This document shows positions 61,357 to 64,000 of a stretch of DNA of 64,000 nucleotides, piece after piece. The notes under the pieces were generated by a model. That model ran no database searches. It saw nothing but the letters and a program-made list of their open reading frames with translations, and was not told the DNA's origin. Position 1 is the first letter of the stretch; each line of letters begins with the position of its first letter. A program made the position numbers and the translations under genes. This DNA comes from Phoronis australis (lineage: Eukaryota > Animalia > Phoronida), in assembly GCA_002633005.1 (NCBI GenBank), contig NMRA01000020.1, forward strand, positions 1,012,803 through 1,076,802, given 5' to 3'.

Positions 61357-63161
61357 GTAAGTAGAGACATTTTTCAGTGAAAATGTTAAAAATAAGTGCA
61401 TTATGTTTCACCGTTAGTATAGGTATACACGCACTCAGTGCCGTTTTCCAGTAATTGACCTAGAAATTGAGCCTTCAATTCAATGAAAGCGAATAGGGAT
61501 CTCTTAATTTAGGGGCGTTGTATGAAAAGACCCCCCTTTAATTTTCATTAATATTGAGAATTCAACGAATACTTCACTCTCAGTGTGTATCAAAGCCAGT
61601 ATTGAAAATAAAACATCATAAAAAGGAAAATCAGTGTTTTCACAAATGCGCAAATGCCTTAAAAATTTAAGGAACATTGCTCAATCCGTATTTGGTGATT
61701 TTTCATGCAACCGGGTACGAGTGTTTTTTTATTCATTAACTTCCCTCGGCATACAATAACAACGCGATTCGCAGGTGTAACTGTGTAACCTGTGACGGGA
61801 TTTTGCTTATAAGTACACTCATATAATAACCACTTTTCAAGAAAATGATACAACTTTTTATCTTTGTTAAAAAGACACTCACGGACTGCATATGATAGCT
61901 AGGCTATATTCGCATGTTTTACTATGTTTTATCTAAACAGGCCTAAAAAATTAATTAATTCACGCCTACTGTCTCTAAGATCACAAATAACCCATGCTGA
62001 GTCGGTAACTAATCATTTTATTAGATAAATTCAAACATTCACATATATTAATAAATCTGCAACAAAAGTTCCGAGACCAGACTTAAAATTATTCCTCTTT
62101 GTAATCTACGTCAAGTTATCAGGAATGTTTACTTTCCATTCCCCGGGGTTGCCAAGGGCTTACAATAACTTATTCAAAGGCTCACCAAAAACACGGTCAG
62201 CTGTAAACGCTTCTTATTGATTAAATCTTTTGAATGTAGGGAACGGCATATACAAGGCGTACCAAAAATTCCTAACAAAACTATTGGAAATTTTGAGTAC
62301 TGGAAAAGGGGTTGACAACGGGGCCTGTTTATTCCCCTGTTTTTTTTTTTGTTTTTATTTTTCAATTAATGAACCACTATATGTTGCAGTGAATTTCTAC
62401 CTACTAAATTTGAGTCAGGATCAAGCGAGAAGTCGGCGGCTCTCTCTAGCTCCCATTGCTCTAGACATCACCAATTTAAAAAGTCTCCTATTGTTCAAAA
62501 CGAAATCCGAAATAACTGTGCTTCGGAATTTCTGATTCGGTTGTCAGAGAAGTTATAAGTGTAGCCCGCTTCATGAATCATAAATGACCTGGCCCCCTAA
62601 TTCAGGTAAAACCTAAGGAAAATTCGGGCGAAACAAGTAAAAATGGCGGCAATGGAGCATGAATAGAAAAAATACAGAAAGTTCATGTGAATGTAAGGAG
62701 ATGTTTAGAAATCGGTGTCAACCAGAGCGAACCTAGTGGCCAGCCACGAAGGTGGTGAAACTGGTGACTAGCGGGGAAGAATTGATAGCGAACAAGGAAG
62801 GCAATTTTTCTGCCCGGATACGCCAATTATGTCTTACATTCTTTCCTACCGTTTCCAGAGGTGGTGTTGTGACATGAATTGGGAGCGTTGTGTAACACAA
62901 GTCGCTCGAGAGACATTTGTGGCGAGAAATCTTCGCTTATGGAACAAATACAGCTAGTCAACTCATAGCTCAATATTCGTGCCTCGCCGATTAATCATTT
63001 CAGTAGCGGCAGTTTTGCTATTACATGTATATATTCGCGAAGTCGCAAGCTATCTTGTGAAACACCAGCCTTTCATTCGGCGTGATTTTTCGTGATCTAC
63101 ACTAGCTGGCAAGAATATTGCCAGATTCTTGCGAAATCTCTTCTCAAACTAGAGGAGGTAC

Positions 63162-63390
63162 CATGCGCTCACCCAGCCTAAAAATGGGGACTCGAATTTT
63201 TGAGAATGTGAACCTTCAAGTTTTACCAAAAATGGGGTACGTTCAGAGCTATGAATTGTGTATCTGCCTTTTTAGTGGACTTTTGTTTTCTACTTTTTCG
63301 GAATTTTTGTTTGTCTGAGACGGACCTTTTTGCCTACTTCGCCAAATGGGGGCTCGTTCGAGCCCCCCCTCCCCCTTGGGTGCGCGCATG
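63162..63390. mobile_element. CATGCGCGCACCCAG-type MITE in intron 1 of Ly6 B
   Basis: Intact TIRs; flanks GGTAC/GGCAC. Absent at the equivalent site (~50165) in copy A. Confidence 0.8.
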
Positions 63391-63484
63391 GGCACTTATC
63401 ACGTCACCTATTAGGCCAGCAACCAGTCAAACCACGCCTTGCGGAACATTTGCATTTAATAATCTATGGTCATTGTCTTTTCAG

Positions 63485-63616
63485 TTTATGCGGGCAACAA
63501 GTGTGTCAAATGCAGCTCAGTGTTGGATAATTCTTGCAACGACGCCTTCGTCAGCAACTCTAAGTATACAGTTAACTGCACTTACGGCTGCAAGAAGACC
63601 AAAGTCGACACAGCTG
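63485..63616 (+). CDS. Ly6/uPAR protein B, exon 2 (exon 3 lies beyond the window)
   Basis: TTTCAG|...|GTATG. Encodes (V)YAGNKCVKCSSVLDNSCNDAFVSNSKYTVNCTYGCKKTKVDTA. Confidence 0.88.
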
Positions 63617-63839
63617 GTATGGAAATTATTGACAATATTTTGTTTTATTTTTTCTTTGGAACGACGGGAGCACACATAAAACCCTGCTATGATGACTTCA
63701 TTAGTTTTGAAGTTAGTCCATATTGTTTCGTCTTTCAAGCATATATACTCTATAATTTGTATTTATTAACTTTTGAAGTGGGCACTTGGAACAAGGTTAC
63801 CCAAATGACGTCGTATGGAGCTCCCAATGTATTGTTAAA

Positions 63840-64000
63840 AGGCGAAGGCACCCTTTTTTCATGTCATTTCTAGCAAAAATAAGGTTCGTTGATTATCCCA
63901 GACATATTTTTCAGCTAATTACAGCTTTTTGGTAATTTATACAATTACTCGCCCTCTACTCCAGAAGTGACGTTTTGGTAGGCAAGAATTTCGCGTCAAT
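63840..64000 (+). mobile_element. Third long-TIR Kolobok copy (one end), in intron 2 of Ly6 B
   Basis: AGGCGAAGGCACCC...GCAAAAATAAGGTTCGTTGATTATCCCAGAC matches the termini at 10623 and 40554. Confidence 0.85.

Noticed and set aside
14994-63616. Functional coupling of the GPCR pair and Ly6 pair as one system
   Set aside because: Only proximity supports it; neighbouring animal genes are usually unrelated and no shared regulatory sequence is visible.
63466-63873. 135-aa ORF as a complete protein
   Set aside because: Only 63485-63616 is exonic; the rest reads through intron and Kolobok sequence.

Overview
This is AT-rich, intron-containing eukaryotic DNA that looks like a marine invertebrate (bilaterian) draft assembly. 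It is not prokaryotic and contains no CRISPR array. Host genes: (1) two paralogous single-coding-exon rhodopsin-class GPCRs of the FMRFamide-receptor-like/GPR139-142-like type (14994-16148, 27811-28938); (2) two tandem, spliced, GPI-anchored Ly6/uPAR three-finger (quiver/sleepless-like) genes that the ORF track misses. Copy A is complete (exons 44035-44083, 50259-50390, 50903-51105; 127 aa); copy B has exons 61308-61356 and 63485-63616 and runs off the window. The rest is mostly transposon debris: Kolobok elements with TTAA target duplications and THAP domains, many CA..TG MITEs with 5-bp target duplications, Harbinger-type MITEs, LINE fragments, and a Penelope-like element. The Penelope element carries a tRNA-like Pol III head and a hammerhead ribozyme and sits directly behind the second GPCR. 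Most notable observations: roughly 35 copies of the palindrome TACATGTA that behave like inserted Tc1/mariner excision footprints; the tRNA-head/hammerhead module in the GPCR 3' region; a Kolobok derivative built from two left ends; and a possible decayed Mab-21/cGAS-like receptor gene. Two near-identical duplications flanking N gaps are probably assembly artefacts. All calls were made by eye; no database searches were run.
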